The position numbers and the translations under genes are program-made. The notes beneath the pieces were generated by a model that was not told where the DNA came from, searched no databases, and was given only the letters and a program-made list of their open reading frames with translations. A stretch of 64,000 nucleotides of DNA from a bacterium UBP2_UBA5202 (GTDB lineage: Bacteria > Edwardsbacteria > AC1 > EtOH8): the NCBI GenBank assembly GCA_002412795.1, contig DHVS01000011.1:19824-83823 (forward strand), in the 5' to 3' direction. Shown piece by piece: positions 47,078 through 57,583 of this stretch (its first letter is position 1; every line of letters begins with the position of its first letter).

Positions 47078-47998
47078 ATGAGTAAAGCAAAAAAAATAAT
47101 TATAATAGCTTGTGCTATAGTTTTAATGGTTGTTGTTGCGTTTGTGACAATAGGTTATCTTGTCTTTCGGGGTATGTATGGGAACGAATTCGTAAAAGAG
47201 GTATACATCCCAGGTACAAAATATAAGGCTGTTGCCTTTGTCGGAAATGGTGGAGCTACAACTGCATTTAGCACGTGTGTGTCATTTCTTGATACAGCTG
47301 ATTGCCTAACCGATAGCGATCGAGGGAATGTTTTCAATAGTTACCGAAGCAATAAAATTGATATTACTTTATCTAAGGATACTATTAAGATTGAACACGA
47401 TGGAGATGAAAAAGAAACTAGATATAAACAACAATATTCAGGAGTAATAATTAAAGTTTCTAAGGCTACTACACCCGCATCAAACGGCAGGTCTAAAAAT
47501 ACAGTTTGGCAAAGATATGAGGTTTTAAGGGGTGAGGTAGATAATATTGTAAGTGAACAGGACAATCTTGTAAAGTTAAAGGGGTTGCAATTTCACGATA
47601 AAAACAGGGGTCAGAGAATCTATTTAGATTCGTTAAATATATTTATCAGAAGAACTGGTGGAGGATTCTACAAAGTAAAAAAACTATCTAAATTTGATTG
47701 GAATCCCTTTATATCGCCTAAATCGGTTACTAAAGTAAAGAAACCATCAAGCATCCTTGTGGAGTACAATGCGTTTTTATTGAAACACAATATCCTTAAA
47801 ATGTATTGGGATGAGAACGAAGTATGTTACATGAAGATTGGTGAAAATGGTGATTGGTTGTGGTTTTCAGTAAATGAAAAAGATAGCGATTATATATGTA
47901 AAACATTTGAGACAAGTATTGGTCGTGCTTATACGGAGCACGATAATCAAGTATATATTATTAACAGCCACTGGAAATATTGCATAGAGTTAAAATAG
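47078..47998 (+). CDS. hypothetical membrane-anchored protein (AT-rich, compositionally foreign)
   Basis: N-terminal TM helix. GC content far below neighbouring genes. Confidence 0.5.
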   Translation: MSKAKKIIIIACAIVLMVVVAFVTIGYLVFRGMYGNEFVKEVYIPGTKYKAVAFVGNGGATTAFSTCVSFLDTADCLTDSDRGNVFNSYRSNKIDITLSKDTIKIEHDGDEKETRYKQQYSGVIIKVSKATTPASNGRSKNTVWQRYEVLRGEVDNIVSEQDNLVKLKGLQFHDKNRGQRIYLDSLNIFIRRTGGGFYKVKKLSKFDWNPFISPKSVTKVKKPSSILVEYNAFLLKHNILKMYWDENEVCYMKIGENGDWLWFSVNEKDSDYICKTFETSIGRAYTEHDNQVYIINSHWKYCIELK

Positions 47999-48001
47999 TT
48001 T

Positions 48002-48304
48002 ATGCGCGACAATCAAATAATCGAAACCATGACCGGGCTGGCCGAAAAGCTTGGCCTATCCATCAAATTCGACGAGTTCGACGGCCGGGGAGGCTGGTGC
48101 AAGCTCAAGGGCACCGAGAAGATCATCATCAACAAGCGGATGATGCCCAAGGAGCAGACCCGGGTGCTGGCCCAGATCCTGGCCCGGTATCCCACCGAGG
48201 AGCTGGCCATGCCGCCCCGTGTCCGCCAGCTGATAGACGACGCCAAGGAGGAATTGCCGGAAAAAGAAGAACAGCAGACCGAATCGGAGGCCGAGGGAAA
48301 ATGA
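48002..48304 (+). CDS. hypothetical protein
   Basis: 100-aa ORF; no motif recognised. Confidence 0.45.
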   Translation: MRDNQIIETMTGLAEKLGLSIKFDEFDGRGGWCKLKGTEKIIINKRMMPKEQTRVLAQILARYPTEELAMPPRVRQLIDDAKEELPEKEEQQTESEAEGK

Positions 48305-48822
48305 GCCTGTCCAGCTGCCGGGAATGCAAAAAAGAGGTCAGCCCCAATGCCCGGAGCTGCCCCCACTGCGGCGCTCCCCAGCCGGCCAACCAGGCCTGGA
48401 ACGGGTGGGGCTTCGACTGGAAATCCAAAGCCTCCTACTACGGCTGGCCGCTGGTCCACGTCTCGGTCGGCAAGGACCGGAACAGCAAGCTCAGGGTGGC
48501 CAGGGGCTGGGTGGCCATCGGGCAGTTCGGCATAGGCGCTATCACCATCGCCCAGTTCGGGGTGGGGATAGTGTTCGGCTTCGGGCAGATAATCCTGGGA
48601 ACCACGGCCATCGCCCAGATCGCGGTAGCCCTGCTGTTCGGGATGGGGCAGCTGGCCACCGGTTACATCGCGGTGGGACAGATCGTTTTCGGATACTACG
48701 GCCTGTGCCAGGCCGGCTGGGCCGCCCACCTCTGGAGCCAGAAATTCAGGGACCCGGAAGCGGTGCGGTTCTTCAAACAGCTGGCGGAATATGCCGGGTC
48801 AACTATCCTAAGGAGCAGATGA
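48301..48822 (+). CDS. zinc-ribbon domain membrane protein
   Basis: CRECKK...CPHCG zinc ribbon followed by Gly-rich TM segments. Start overlaps the previous stop (ATGA). Confidence 0.5.
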   Translation: MSLSSCRECKKEVSPNARSCPHCGAPQPANQAWNGWGFDWKSKASYYGWPLVHVSVGKDRNSKLRVARGWVAIGQFGIGAITIAQFGVGIVFGFGQIILGTTAIAQIAVALLFGMGQLATGYIAVGQIVFGYYGLCQAGWAAHLWSQKFRDPEAVRFFKQLAEYAGSTILRSR

Positions 48823-48823
48823 A

Positions 48824-49186
48824 ATGAGAACAGCCGGTTACATCATTGCCGCCATCCTGATATTTTTCGGGGTGCTGTTCCTGATGTCTGCCCGGGCCGA
48901 GTACACCGCCAATCCGGGAAGCCGGATCATCACCGGGCTGGCCCTGATGGGGGGCGGGATCGCCATCGCCGTGATGCTCAAAAAAAACCAGCCCAAACCG
49001 GCCCAAAAGATCGAGATAGTCCAGAAGATAGACCTGGCCGGGAAGTCTTTGCCCGAACAGATGAAGTGCAAACAATGCGGGGCTCCGCTCTCCAAGGATA
49101 CTGTGACAGTGAAGGAAGGGGCGGTGTTCATCAACTGCCCCTACTGCCAGAGCACCTACCAGATAACCGAAGAGCCTAAATGGTGA
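48824..49186 (+). CDS. small membrane protein with C-terminal zinc ribbon
   Basis: Two TM helices, then CKQCG...CPYC. Confidence 0.5.
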   Translation: MRTAGYIIAAILIFFGVLFLMSARAEYTANPGSRIITGLALMGGGIAIAVMLKKNQPKPAQKIEIVQKIDLAGKSLPEQMKCKQCGAPLSKDTVTVKEGAVFINCPYCQSTYQITEEPKW

Positions 49187-49190
49187 AAAG

Positions 49191-49661
49191 ATGAACATAG
49201 AAGATCAGGCCAGACATTATTTCAACAATGGCTACAACTGCGCCGAGTCGGTGCTATTGTCAGTCTGCGGTCAGATGGGATATGATTCCAAAGAATATGG
49301 GATATGCATACCCCGGGTGGCCACCGGCTTTGGCGGGGGCATCGCCCGCAAAGGCGGAATATGCGGGGCATTGTCCGGCGGATTGATGGCCCTGGGTCTG
49401 GCCCTGGGAAGAGACAATGCCCAGGAAAGCCGGGATCCCTGTTATCCGGCGGCCGACCAGTTCTACAACGAATTCGTGGAAAGGTTCGGCCACTCCACCT
49501 GCCGGGAACTGACCGGGCTGGACATGAAGAACGAGCCGGACCGCAAAAGGTACATGGACGTCATCCACCAGGAGCGGTGCAACCCTATGGTGGCCTGGTC
49601 GGCCGGGAGGGTGATGGAGTTGATCGGGGAGCATTCCCAGGGAAAGCCTGGGCTGGCCTGA
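49191..49661 (+). CDS. C_GCAxxG_C_C family protein
   Basis: YNCAESVL...GICGALSGG family signature. Confidence 0.7.
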   Translation: MNIEDQARHYFNNGYNCAESVLLSVCGQMGYDSKEYGICIPRVATGFGGGIARKGGICGALSGGLMALGLALGRDNAQESRDPCYPAADQFYNEFVERFGHSTCRELTGLDMKNEPDRKRYMDVIHQERCNPMVAWSAGRVMELIGEHSQGKPGLA

Positions 49662-49727
49662 ATCCTTTTATCAAAGAAACATCCCGGGGGCGTTCTGACA
49701 AAGCGGCCCCTTTATTTATTCGCTGAT

Positions 49728-51554
49728 ATGAGCCATTTACCGACCACCAAAAAAGAAATGCAAACCCTGGGCTGGGATCAATGCGACGTGATCCTGGTCA
49801 CCGGCGACGCCTATGTAGACCACCCTTCGTTTGGCGCGGCGGTGATCGGGCGGGTGCTGGAGGACCAGGGTTTCAAGGTGGGCATCATCGCCCAGCCGGA
49901 CTGGCGCAGTCCCGCCGATGTCATGCGGCTGGGGAGGCCCCGGCTGTTCTTCGGGGTCACCTCCGGGAACATAGACAGCATGCTGCACCATTACACCGCC
50001 AACAAAAAACTGCGGCACGACGACCCCTATTCCCCCGGAGGCCGCCACGGCCTGCGCCCCAACCGGGCGGTGATAGTCTATTCCAACCTGATCAGACAGT
50101 CATATAAGGATGTTCCCATCGTGCTGGGCGGGATAGAGGCATCCCTGCGGCGGCTGGCCCACTATGATTACTGGGACGATGCGGTGCGGCGTTCCATCCT
50201 GTTCGACGCCAAAGCCGACCTGCTGGTCTACGGGATGGGGGAGAGGGCGGTGGGCAGGATAGCTCAACTGCTGAATACTGAAGAAGGCCCTTCGACAGGG
50301 GCTTCAGCAAGCTCAGTCGAGCCGCTCAGGGCAAGAAGGCAGAATATCGAATTGATGAACGTGCCGGGGACAGCGGTCATAGTTCGTGACTCGGAGCTTC
50401 CGAAATTCGGAACTTCGGAATATGCCGAGCTGCCGTCGTTCGAGGAAGTGTCAACCTCAAAGGAAGCCTTCAACCAGGCTTTCGTCATTGCGTCCAGTGA
50501 GGCCAATCCGCATTTTGGGAAAAGGCTGCTGCAAAAGCATGGTGACCGTTATCTCTTGGTCAATCCGCCAGCACAGCCACTGAGTTCCGAAGAATTAGAT
50601 GCGGTCTATTCCCTGCCATATCAGCGCAAAGCCCATCCTTCATATAAAGAACCGGTTCCGGCCCTGGAAACGGTCAAATACTCAATCACTTCCCACCGGG
50701 GCTGTTACGGCGGCTGCAGTTTCTGTACCCTGTATTTTCATCAGGGCCCTGTCATCCAGTCGCGCAGTTCCCAGTCTGTCGTAGACGAGATAAAAATGCT
50801 GGCTAAAGACAATAACTTCAAAGGCATCATCAGCGACATCGGCGGGCCGACCGCCAACATGTACGGCACCGGCTGCAAGGTCAATGGCCGGGAAAAGTTC
50901 TGCCGGAAACCCAGCTGTCTGGCTCCGCAGCTGTGCGAAAACCTGAAACCGGGACAGCATCCCAGCGTCAAGCTCTGGCGCGAAGCATTGAAGGTACCGG
51001 GGGTCAAAAATATCTTCGTGGCTTCCGGGGTGCGCTACGACCTGGCTCTGCACGACCGCAAATATCTGAAGGAACTGATACAAAAGCACACCGGGGGGCA
51101 TCTTAAGGTAGCTCCGGAACACTGCTCGGCCACCGTCCTGAAACAGATGAACAAGCCGGGAATCGGCACTTTCGTAGAATTCCTGAAGATCTTCCGGCGG
51201 CTGAGCAGGCGGGAACAGTATCTGGTGCCGTACCTGATCTCCAGCCACCCGGGCTGCAGGTACGATGATATGCTGGAACTGAAGCGTTTCCTTAAAAAGA
51301 ACGGCCTGGCGGTGGAACAGGTCCAGGATTTCATCCCCCTGCCCATGACCGCCTCGGCCGCCATGTACCACACCGGGAGGAATCCCTATACCGGGGAGGA
51401 GCTTTTTGTGGAGCGCAGCGCCGCCGGCAAGCTGAGGCAGCGGTATGCACTGGAGGCCGCCAGGGGCGATCAGTGGGAATGGATCGGAAAACCGGAGGAT
51501 GGAAAAGATAGCCCGGGCCGGATCATGAAAAAGCGCAAACACACAAAGAGGTAG
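49728..51554 (+). CDS. YgiQ-family radical SAM protein (UPF0313)
   Basis: N-terminal YgiQ-type domain. [10 protein letters not shown] radical-SAM cysteine triad. Confidence 0.8.
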   Translation: MSHLPTTKKEMQTLGWDQCDVILVTGDAYVDHPSFGAAVIGRVLEDQGFKVGIIAQPDWRSPADVMRLGRPRLFFGVTSGNIDSMLHHYTANKKLRHDDPYSPGGRHGLRPNRAVIVYSNLIRQSYKDVPIVLGGIEASLRRLAHYDYWDDAVRRSILFDAKADLLVYGMGERAVGRIAQLLNTEEGPSTGASASSVEPLRARRQNIELMNVPGTAVIVRDSELPKFGTSEYAELPSFEEVSTSKEAFNQAFVIASSEANPHFGKRLLQKHGDRYLLVNPPAQPLSSEELDAVYSLPYQRKAHPSYKEPVPALETVKYSITSHRGCYGGCSFCTLYFHQGPVIQSRSSQSVVDEIKMLAKDNNFKGIISDIGGPTANMYGTGCKVNGREKFCRKPSCLAPQLCENLKPGQHPSVKLWREALKVPGVKNIFVASGVRYDLALHDRKYLKELIQKHTGGHLKVAPEHCSATVLKQMNKPGIGTFVEFLKIFRRLSRREQYLVPYLISSHPGCRYDDMLELKRFLKKNGLAVEQVQDFIPLPMTASAAMYHTGRNPYTGEELFVERSAAGKLRQRYALEAARGDQWEWIGKPEDGKDSPGRIMKKRKHTKR

Positions 51555-51560
51555 CGGCCG

Positions 51561-52190
51561 ATGATATACCTGAAAAAGATCAAACCGGGATCCTCCGAGG
51601 ACAAACTGGAGAAGCTGGTCAAGGAAAGGCTCACGGCGGGGGCCGACAAAAAGGAGATCGACCGCCGGATATGGGACCTGTTCGGCGGGGAGTACTGCGT
51701 GATGTTCACCGATCTTTCCGGATTCTCCCGCAACGTGGCCCAGTTCGGGATAATTCACTTCCTGCAGACCATTTACCAGTCGGAATGCGTCCTGGCGCCG
51801 GTAATTGATGAGAACGACGGCTTGGTGCTCAAGTTCGACGGGGACAGTCTGCTGATCGTCTTTCGGGACGTGCCCCAGGCGATTACCGCCGCCGTCGCCA
51901 TGCAGAGGAAACTCAAAACGTTCAATATGGACAAGTCCGAGGAGGAAAAAGTGCTGCTCTGTGTCGGGCTGGGTTACGGCCCCATGCTGAGGATAGGGGA
52001 TTCGGACATCTTCGGGGCCGAGGTCAACGCGGCCAGCAAGCTGGGCGAGGACGTGGCGGGATCCGGGCAGATCCTGGTCACCGAGAGCGTCAGAAAGAAG
52101 GCCGGCGATATTCCAGGCATCTCATTTGAGAAGGTTGCCCAGGCCCCCGCCTGGATGGGCAAGGCTTTTGACTTGAAGTATAACTCATAA
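51561..52190 (+). CDS. class III adenylate/guanylate cyclase catalytic domain protein
   Basis: VMFTDLSGFS...KFDGDSLLIVF...GLGYGP...FGAEVNAASKL cyclase-homology-domain motifs. Confidence 0.7.
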   Translation: MIYLKKIKPGSSEDKLEKLVKERLTAGADKKEIDRRIWDLFGGEYCVMFTDLSGFSRNVAQFGIIHFLQTIYQSECVLAPVIDENDGLVLKFDGDSLLIVFRDVPQAITAAVAMQRKLKTFNMDKSEEEKVLLCVGLGYGPMLRIGDSDIFGAEVNAASKLGEDVAGSGQILVTESVRKKAGDIPGISFEKVAQAPAWMGKAFDLKYNS

Positions 52191-52202
52191 AAGGGGAATC
52201 GC

Positions 52203-53186
52203 ATGATAAAGACAAGTAAATCCCAAAAATCAATCATAAGAAAACCGGCCAAGAATAGATGGTCCAAAGGCCTATACAAGAAGATGATCATTGATCAGAG
52301 AAAATTTATGTGGGAACCGGAATACGTTGCCCTTATAGCTAAATGGGTAGGTTTCAAACCGGGCCAGACGGTGGTTGATGTGGGTTGTGGCTTGGGATAT
52401 CTAGGAACGTTATATTGGCCTCATTTTGGCAAGAATGGTAAATATTGCGGAGTGGATGTCAGCCCGAAGCTGGTAGCCCAGGCCAAGAAGTTGTCCCATA
52501 ACTGGGCCAAAAGCGGAGAAACGGAATTCAAGATTGGGGACGCTTATAAATTGCCATATCCCGATAAGTTCGCGGATGTAGTAATGTGTCAGACCCTGTT
52601 GATGCACTTGGCCGATCCGCAGAAGGCCGTGAATGAGATGTATAGGATATTGAAGCCGGGCGGGACCGTGCTGTGCAAAGAGCCGGATAATCTGTCCTGG
52701 TCTTTACAGCACGCTCTCACGTCACTTCCGGAATTACCAGTGGAGGATGAAATGTTTTTCCGGAAAATAGATTTTATTTATACCCAGGGCAGGGCAAATT
52801 TGGGGCAGGGTTATTTTAATGCTGCCCCACGGGTACCGCTGTGGCTGAAAGCTGCCGGGTTCAGCCAGATTGACGCCAAGATAGCAAGCCAGGCATCGCT
52901 CGGGGTCCCGCCGTATGAAACGCCCAGGCAAAAGCATGAAATCGCCGAGAGGAAGGAATCGATTCGTAGTAGCAAGGAGCCCAGTTATAAAAAACAGGCA
53001 AATGAACACTTCAGAAAAACATTTTTTGCCGGGGGAGGAACCCAGTCTGATTATGATAAGTACCTGAAATTGCGTAAAAAAAATAGGCCAAGGAAAAAAC
53101 TTTATGAACAACAGATAAAGAATGGTTCATATTATTGGTTCAACGCCCGGCAGCTTTTTGCAATAAAGGGAAATAAACCACGATAG
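52203..53186 (+). CDS. class I SAM-dependent methyltransferase (paralog 1)
   Basis: VVDVGCGLGYLG motif I and ILKPGG. Confidence 0.7.
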   Translation: MIKTSKSQKSIIRKPAKNRWSKGLYKKMIIDQRKFMWEPEYVALIAKWVGFKPGQTVVDVGCGLGYLGTLYWPHFGKNGKYCGVDVSPKLVAQAKKLSHNWAKSGETEFKIGDAYKLPYPDKFADVVMCQTLLMHLADPQKAVNEMYRILKPGGTVLCKEPDNLSWSLQHALTSLPELPVEDEMFFRKIDFIYTQGRANLGQGYFNAAPRVPLWLKAAGFSQIDAKIASQASLGVPPYETPRQKHEIAERKESIRSSKEPSYKKQANEHFRKTFFAGGGTQSDYDKYLKLRKKNRPRKKLYEQQIKNGSYYWFNARQLFAIKGNKPR

Positions 53187-53237
53187 TACATTGTAAACGT
53201 TAGAAGATCTCAAATCCAACAAAATTGAGAGGCAACT

Positions 53238-54188
53238 ATGAGAAAACCAGCCAAGAACAAATGGTCCAAGGGGGAATATAAGCGGGCTATCATCGATCAG
53301 CGAAAATATCTATGGGAACCGGAATACGTGGCCCTGCTGGCCAAATGGGCGGGGTTCAAACAGGGCCAGACCGTGGTTGATGTGGGATGCGGGCTGGGGT
53401 ATCTGGGAACCCTATACTGGCCGTTTTTCGGCCGGGGCGGCAAATATTGCGGGGTGGATGTTAGCACCAAACTTGCGACGCAGGCCAAGAAGCTGTCGTT
53501 ACATTGGGCTAAAGGCGGAAAAACTGAATTTAAAACTGGGGACGCTTACAAACTGCCCTACCCCGACAATTATGCCGATGTGGTCATGTGCCAGACCCTA
53601 CTGATCCACCTTTCCGATGCCCAAAAAGCCATAAATGAAATGTTCCGGATATTGAAGCCAGGAGGTGTAGTTTTATGCAAGGAACCGGACAATCTATCCA
53701 TGTCTTTGCAGCATACCATTACTTCGTTGCCTGAATTACCGTTAGAGGATGAGTTGTTTTTCCAAAAGGTTGCGTTCATAAGCAACAAGGGGAATGCGGC
53801 CTTGGGTTTGGGATATTATAATGCTGCCCCTCGTGTTCCCTTATGGCTTAAAGAAGCAGGATTCAAAAAAATAGATGCGCGGATAAACAGTTATTTGATG
53901 CTGGGTATCCCGCCATATGAGACAGAAAAACAAAAATATGCCATTGAGTACAGGCAAAAACTGCAAAAACTGTATGATACGCCTAATGAGAAGAGAAAAG
54001 ACAACTATGAATTCAAGAAAATATTTTTTGCCGGGGGAGGAAATAGGTCCGATTATGTCAAATACATGAAATTAAAAAGAAAGTACAAACCAAGAAATGA
54101 TTTGTATAAACAGCAGGTAAAGGACGGCACCGCTTATTGGTTTTGTTCCAGTCAATTTTTTGCCATAAAAGGAAGCAAGCCAAAATAA
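53238..54188 (+). CDS. class I SAM-dependent methyltransferase (paralog 2, roughly 75% identical to paralog 1)
   Basis: Same motifs as paralog 1. Tandem duplicate. Confidence 0.7.
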   Translation: MRKPAKNKWSKGEYKRAIIDQRKYLWEPEYVALLAKWAGFKQGQTVVDVGCGLGYLGTLYWPFFGRGGKYCGVDVSTKLATQAKKLSLHWAKGGKTEFKTGDAYKLPYPDNYADVVMCQTLLIHLSDAQKAINEMFRILKPGGVVLCKEPDNLSMSLQHTITSLPELPLEDELFFQKVAFISNKGNAALGLGYYNAAPRVPLWLKEAGFKKIDARINSYLMLGIPPYETEKQKYAIEYRQKLQKLYDTPNEKRKDNYEFKKIFFAGGGNRSDYVKYMKLKRKYKPRNDLYKQQVKDGTAYWFCSSQFFAIKGSKPK

Positions 54189-54220
54189 ATCGAACAATTC
54201 AGATAGAGGGTAGATCAACT

Positions 54221-54376
54221 ATGTCTGAACAAAAGCCCCCTTCTTTGTGGAACCGCAATTTCCTCCTCCTCTGGCAGGGCCAGCTGGTCTCCTCGCCGGG
54301 CGACAATTTTTACGCCATCGCCCTGGGATTCTGGGTGCTGGAGAATACCGATTCCACCGGCCTGATCATGGAGTAA
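54221..54376 (+). pseudogene. N-terminal fragment of an MFS transporter gene (truncated remnant)
   Basis: MSEQKPPSLWNRNFLLLWQGQLVSSPGDNFY is a typical MFS N-terminus, but the frame stops after about 51 aa. Confidence 0.35.
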
Positions 54377-54415
54377 ATTCCAATAAACCAAACTTGAGTC
54401 AGTTAAAATATTCCC

Positions 54416-55822
54416 ATGTGCCTTACCCCGAAAATAATTGAAACCATCAACTCCGCCGGCCGGCTTTACGAGGTGGGCGGGGCGGTGCGCGACCGCATCC
54501 GTCATTCTCTTGATACATTGGGAAACATAGATCAGACAAGGTTTACCCAATTCCAGCCGGAAGAGGTGGATTACCTGGTGACCGGCATAACGATGGACGA
54601 GCTGGCCAAACTTCTCAAGCAGTTCGGCCGGGTGGAAGTGGTGGGAAGATCCTTTGGTATCATTAAATTTAAATTGCAGACTGCAAAAGGCAAATTTAAA
54701 ACCTTTGACATTGCCCTGCCGCGCAGGGAGCAAAGCACCGGGCCGGGGCACAGGGATTTTGCGGTGGAATACGATCCCGGTATTCCGGTGGAGCAGGACC
54801 TGGGGCGGAGGGACTTTACCGTCAACGCTATCGCTCTGCAAATTAAAAAATCAGAAGGCAGAAGGCAAAATTTGGAACTGACAGACCCTTGTGGTGGAGT
54901 TGAAGACATCAGAAACAAGTTGATGCGGATGGTCTCGCCAAACTCCTTTGCCGAGGACCCCCTGCGGATGCTCCGGGCCTGCCAGTTTGCAGCCCGGATG
55001 GGATTCTCGGTGGAACAAAATACCTTCAAGGCCATTAAAAAGAACGCCGAACTTATCTCCACGGTTTCCCCGGAAAGGGTGCAGCAGGAACTGAACAAGA
55101 TGCTGCTGTCCGATCAGCCGTCCATCGGCCTCTGGCTGATGCAGCGCAGCGGAATGCTCAAAGCAATGCTGCCCGAACTGGAACAGGGCGCGGACGTCAC
55201 CCAGCCCGGGGGGTATCACCGCTATAAGGTCTTTGAACACTCCATCAAGACCGCGGACTTTGCGCCCAAAACCTTGGAACTACGTTTGGCGGCCCTGTTG
55301 CACGACGTGGCCAAGCCACAATGCCGGGAGGCCGTGGAAGGCGGGGCCCATTTTTACGGTCACGACAAACTGGGGGCAAAAATGGCCGGGGAGATTTTGG
55401 CCCGGCTGAAATACTCAAATCAGATAATTGAAAGAGTCACCGGGCTTATCGCCAAACACATGTTCGCCGTGCCGGAGACCGGCAAGGGTTTGAGGAGGCT
55501 GATCTCCAAGACCGGACTGGAGGGCCTGGACGACCTGATCGAGCTGCGCCGGGCCGACATCCTGGCCCAGGGTATGGAGGGTGATACGGGTTACCTGGAA
55601 TCCTTCAAGCAGGCCGTCAAAGAGGAACTCGGCAAAAAGCCGGCCTTTTCCATCAAGGACCTGAAAGTAAACGGAAACGACCTGATGAAGGAACTGGGCC
55701 TTGCTCCGGGGCCGGAAATGGGACGGATATTGAAACAGCTTTTTGAAATGACGCTGGAAAACCCCAAAAACAACCGCAAGGCATATCTTTTAAAAGAAGC
55801 CCGGCGGCTGCGTAAACCTTGA
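54416..55822 (+). CDS. cca: CCA-adding tRNA nucleotidyltransferase with HD domain
   Basis: GGAVRDRI and RRDFTVNAIA polymerase-beta-like head. HD-domain LLHDVAKP. Confidence 0.75.
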   Translation: MCLTPKIIETINSAGRLYEVGGAVRDRIRHSLDTLGNIDQTRFTQFQPEEVDYLVTGITMDELAKLLKQFGRVEVVGRSFGIIKFKLQTAKGKFKTFDIALPRREQSTGPGHRDFAVEYDPGIPVEQDLGRRDFTVNAIALQIKKSEGRRQNLELTDPCGGVEDIRNKLMRMVSPNSFAEDPLRMLRACQFAARMGFSVEQNTFKAIKKNAELISTVSPERVQQELNKMLLSDQPSIGLWLMQRSGMLKAMLPELEQGADVTQPGGYHRYKVFEHSIKTADFAPKTLELRLAALLHDVAKPQCREAVEGGAHFYGHDKLGAKMAGEILARLKYSNQIIERVTGLIAKHMFAVPETGKGLRRLISKTGLEGLDDLIELRRADILAQGMEGDTGYLESFKQAVKEELGKKPAFSIKDLKVNGNDLMKELGLAPGPEMGRILKQLFEMTLENPKNNRKAYLLKEARRLRKP

Positions 55823-55938
55823 CGCTGGCGGTTATATTTGTTATAATCACGGCTAAGCATGATGCAAACGGACAACAGGGGATGCAAACGGAGAGAATCG
55901 GTTTGCATCTGCATATCCCGTTTGAATCCGCAAAATCA

Positions 55939-56025
55939 GCGAGGGTGGCGGAACTGGCAGACGCGCCAGACTTAGGATCTGGTGCCGTAAAAGGCATGGG
56001 GGTTCAAATCCCCCCCTTCGCACCA
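55939..56025 (+). tRNA. tRNA-Leu (anticodon UAG), long variable arm, CCA encoded
   Basis: Acceptor GCGAGGG/CCTTCGC. Anticodon loop CTTAGGA. Extra arm GGTGCCGTAAAAGGCAT. Confidence 0.8.
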
Positions 56026-56108
56026 CCACATCGATTGTATGAGCCGCAATCGATGGAATTTATAATTAAAAATCAGTAATTCTAAATTGATATAATTAAG
56101 GAGACGTT

Positions 56109-57419
56109 TTGAAGGTCGAGTTAAAGGAGCCAAAGGTCTGGCAGCGTGTTTTTGAGATCGAGGTGCCTGGGGAGCAGGTCAAGGCCGCCATCGAAGAGCT
56201 TTATCTGGACTACAGCCGCAATGCCAAGATTCCCGGGTTCCGGCCGGGCAAGGTCCCGCGCACCGTGCTGGAGGCCCGCTTCGGCAAGGGTATCGAGGCC
56301 GAGGCCATCGAGCGGCTGGTGCCGGAGTCCTACGAAAAGGCCCTGGTGGACCACAAGATCGTGCCCATCAACCGGGCCGAGATCTCGGACCTGGACTTCA
56401 CCCCCGACCGGAGCATCAAGTTCAAGGCCACCTTTGAGGTGCTGCCCCCGGTTGCCCTGAAGCAATACAACGGCCTGCCGGCCACCAAGCGCCTGCGCAG
56501 GATTTCCGGCCTGGACGTGGACCGGGAGATAGAATACCTGCAGGGCCTGTATGCCGAATACAAGCAGACCGGGAATCCGGCCAAAAACGGCGACCGGCTG
56601 ATCATAGATTTTGTGCCGCTGTCGGGCCTGGACAATCCCGAAAAATCCAAGGGCGAGAACTACCCGGTGGATCTGGGCACCCCCCAGGTGCTGCCGGAGT
56701 TCAATAAGAACCTGATCGGGACCAAAGCCGGGGACATAAAGGAGATCACCGTAAAATACCCCGACGATTACCAGGGCGGCGGGCTGGCCGGCAAGGAAGC
56801 GGTGTTCAAGGTCACGGTCAAGGAAGTGCGGGAAAAGCACCTGCCGTCCCTGGACGACGAATTTGCCAAGAAGGTCAGCGAGTACCAGACCATAACCGAG
56901 CTGAAGGAAAAGATCAAGAACGGGCTGGAGTCCCGCTCCAGCGCCGAGGCCGCCGAGGGGGTGAGGGTGCAGGTGCTGCAAAAGATGATAGAGGACAACC
57001 CGCTGGAACTGCCCCAGTCGCTGGTGACAGGAGAGCTGGAAAAGATGGTGGCCGACGCCAAGGAGCGCCATCACCGCCAGCACAAACACCAGACCGGCAA
57101 AGAGTGCCAGGACTGTCCCGATGACGCCAAGCTCAAGGAGCAGTACCTGCCCATCGCCGAGTGGAAGATAAAAGAGGAACTGCTGCTGGCCGAGGTGGCC
57201 CGGCAGGAAAAGATAGAGGTCTCCCAGGCCGATTTGGATGAATCCTTCGCCGACCTGGCCCGCTATTACCGCAAGACCGCCGAGGAGATCAAGGCCACCT
57301 TCAGTTCCAGCCAGGACCGGCTTGACGACCTGAAGGACAGGATAGCAGTGACCAAGGCCGGTAAGCTGGTGGCCGAAGCGGCCGCGGTCAAGGAAGAATT
57401 CATCGAGGGGCCCAAGTAG
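56109..57419 (+). CDS. tig: trigger factor
   Basis: TTG start with AAGGAG ribosome-binding site. N-terminal ribosome-binding domain, then PPIase-like and C-terminal domains. Conserved tRNA-tig-clpP neighbourhood. Confidence 0.85.
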   Translation: MKVELKEPKVWQRVFEIEVPGEQVKAAIEELYLDYSRNAKIPGFRPGKVPRTVLEARFGKGIEAEAIERLVPESYEKALVDHKIVPINRAEISDLDFTPDRSIKFKATFEVLPPVALKQYNGLPATKRLRRISGLDVDREIEYLQGLYAEYKQTGNPAKNGDRLIIDFVPLSGLDNPEKSKGENYPVDLGTPQVLPEFNKNLIGTKAGDIKEITVKYPDDYQGGGLAGKEAVFKVTVKEVREKHLPSLDDEFAKKVSEYQTITELKEKIKNGLESRSSAEAAEGVRVQVLQKMIEDNPLELPQSLVTGELEKMVADAKERHHRQHKHQTGKECQDCPDDAKLKEQYLPIAEWKIKEELLLAEVARQEKIEVSQADLDESFADLARYYRKTAEEIKATFSSSQDRLDDLKDRIAVTKAGKLVAEAAAVKEEFIEGPK

Positions 57420-57583
57420 GACACCCACCCACGCTTGCGTCCCGCCACACTTCGACCATAACTTGGCAGGTTCCGTCAGGCGGCTCAGTGTCCGGCGGGG
57501 CTTCAGCGCGCAGGCACTAAAGACACGAAAATTATCCAACAACCTCATACCCGTGAAAACGGGAATTTAAAAGAGGAAAAACA

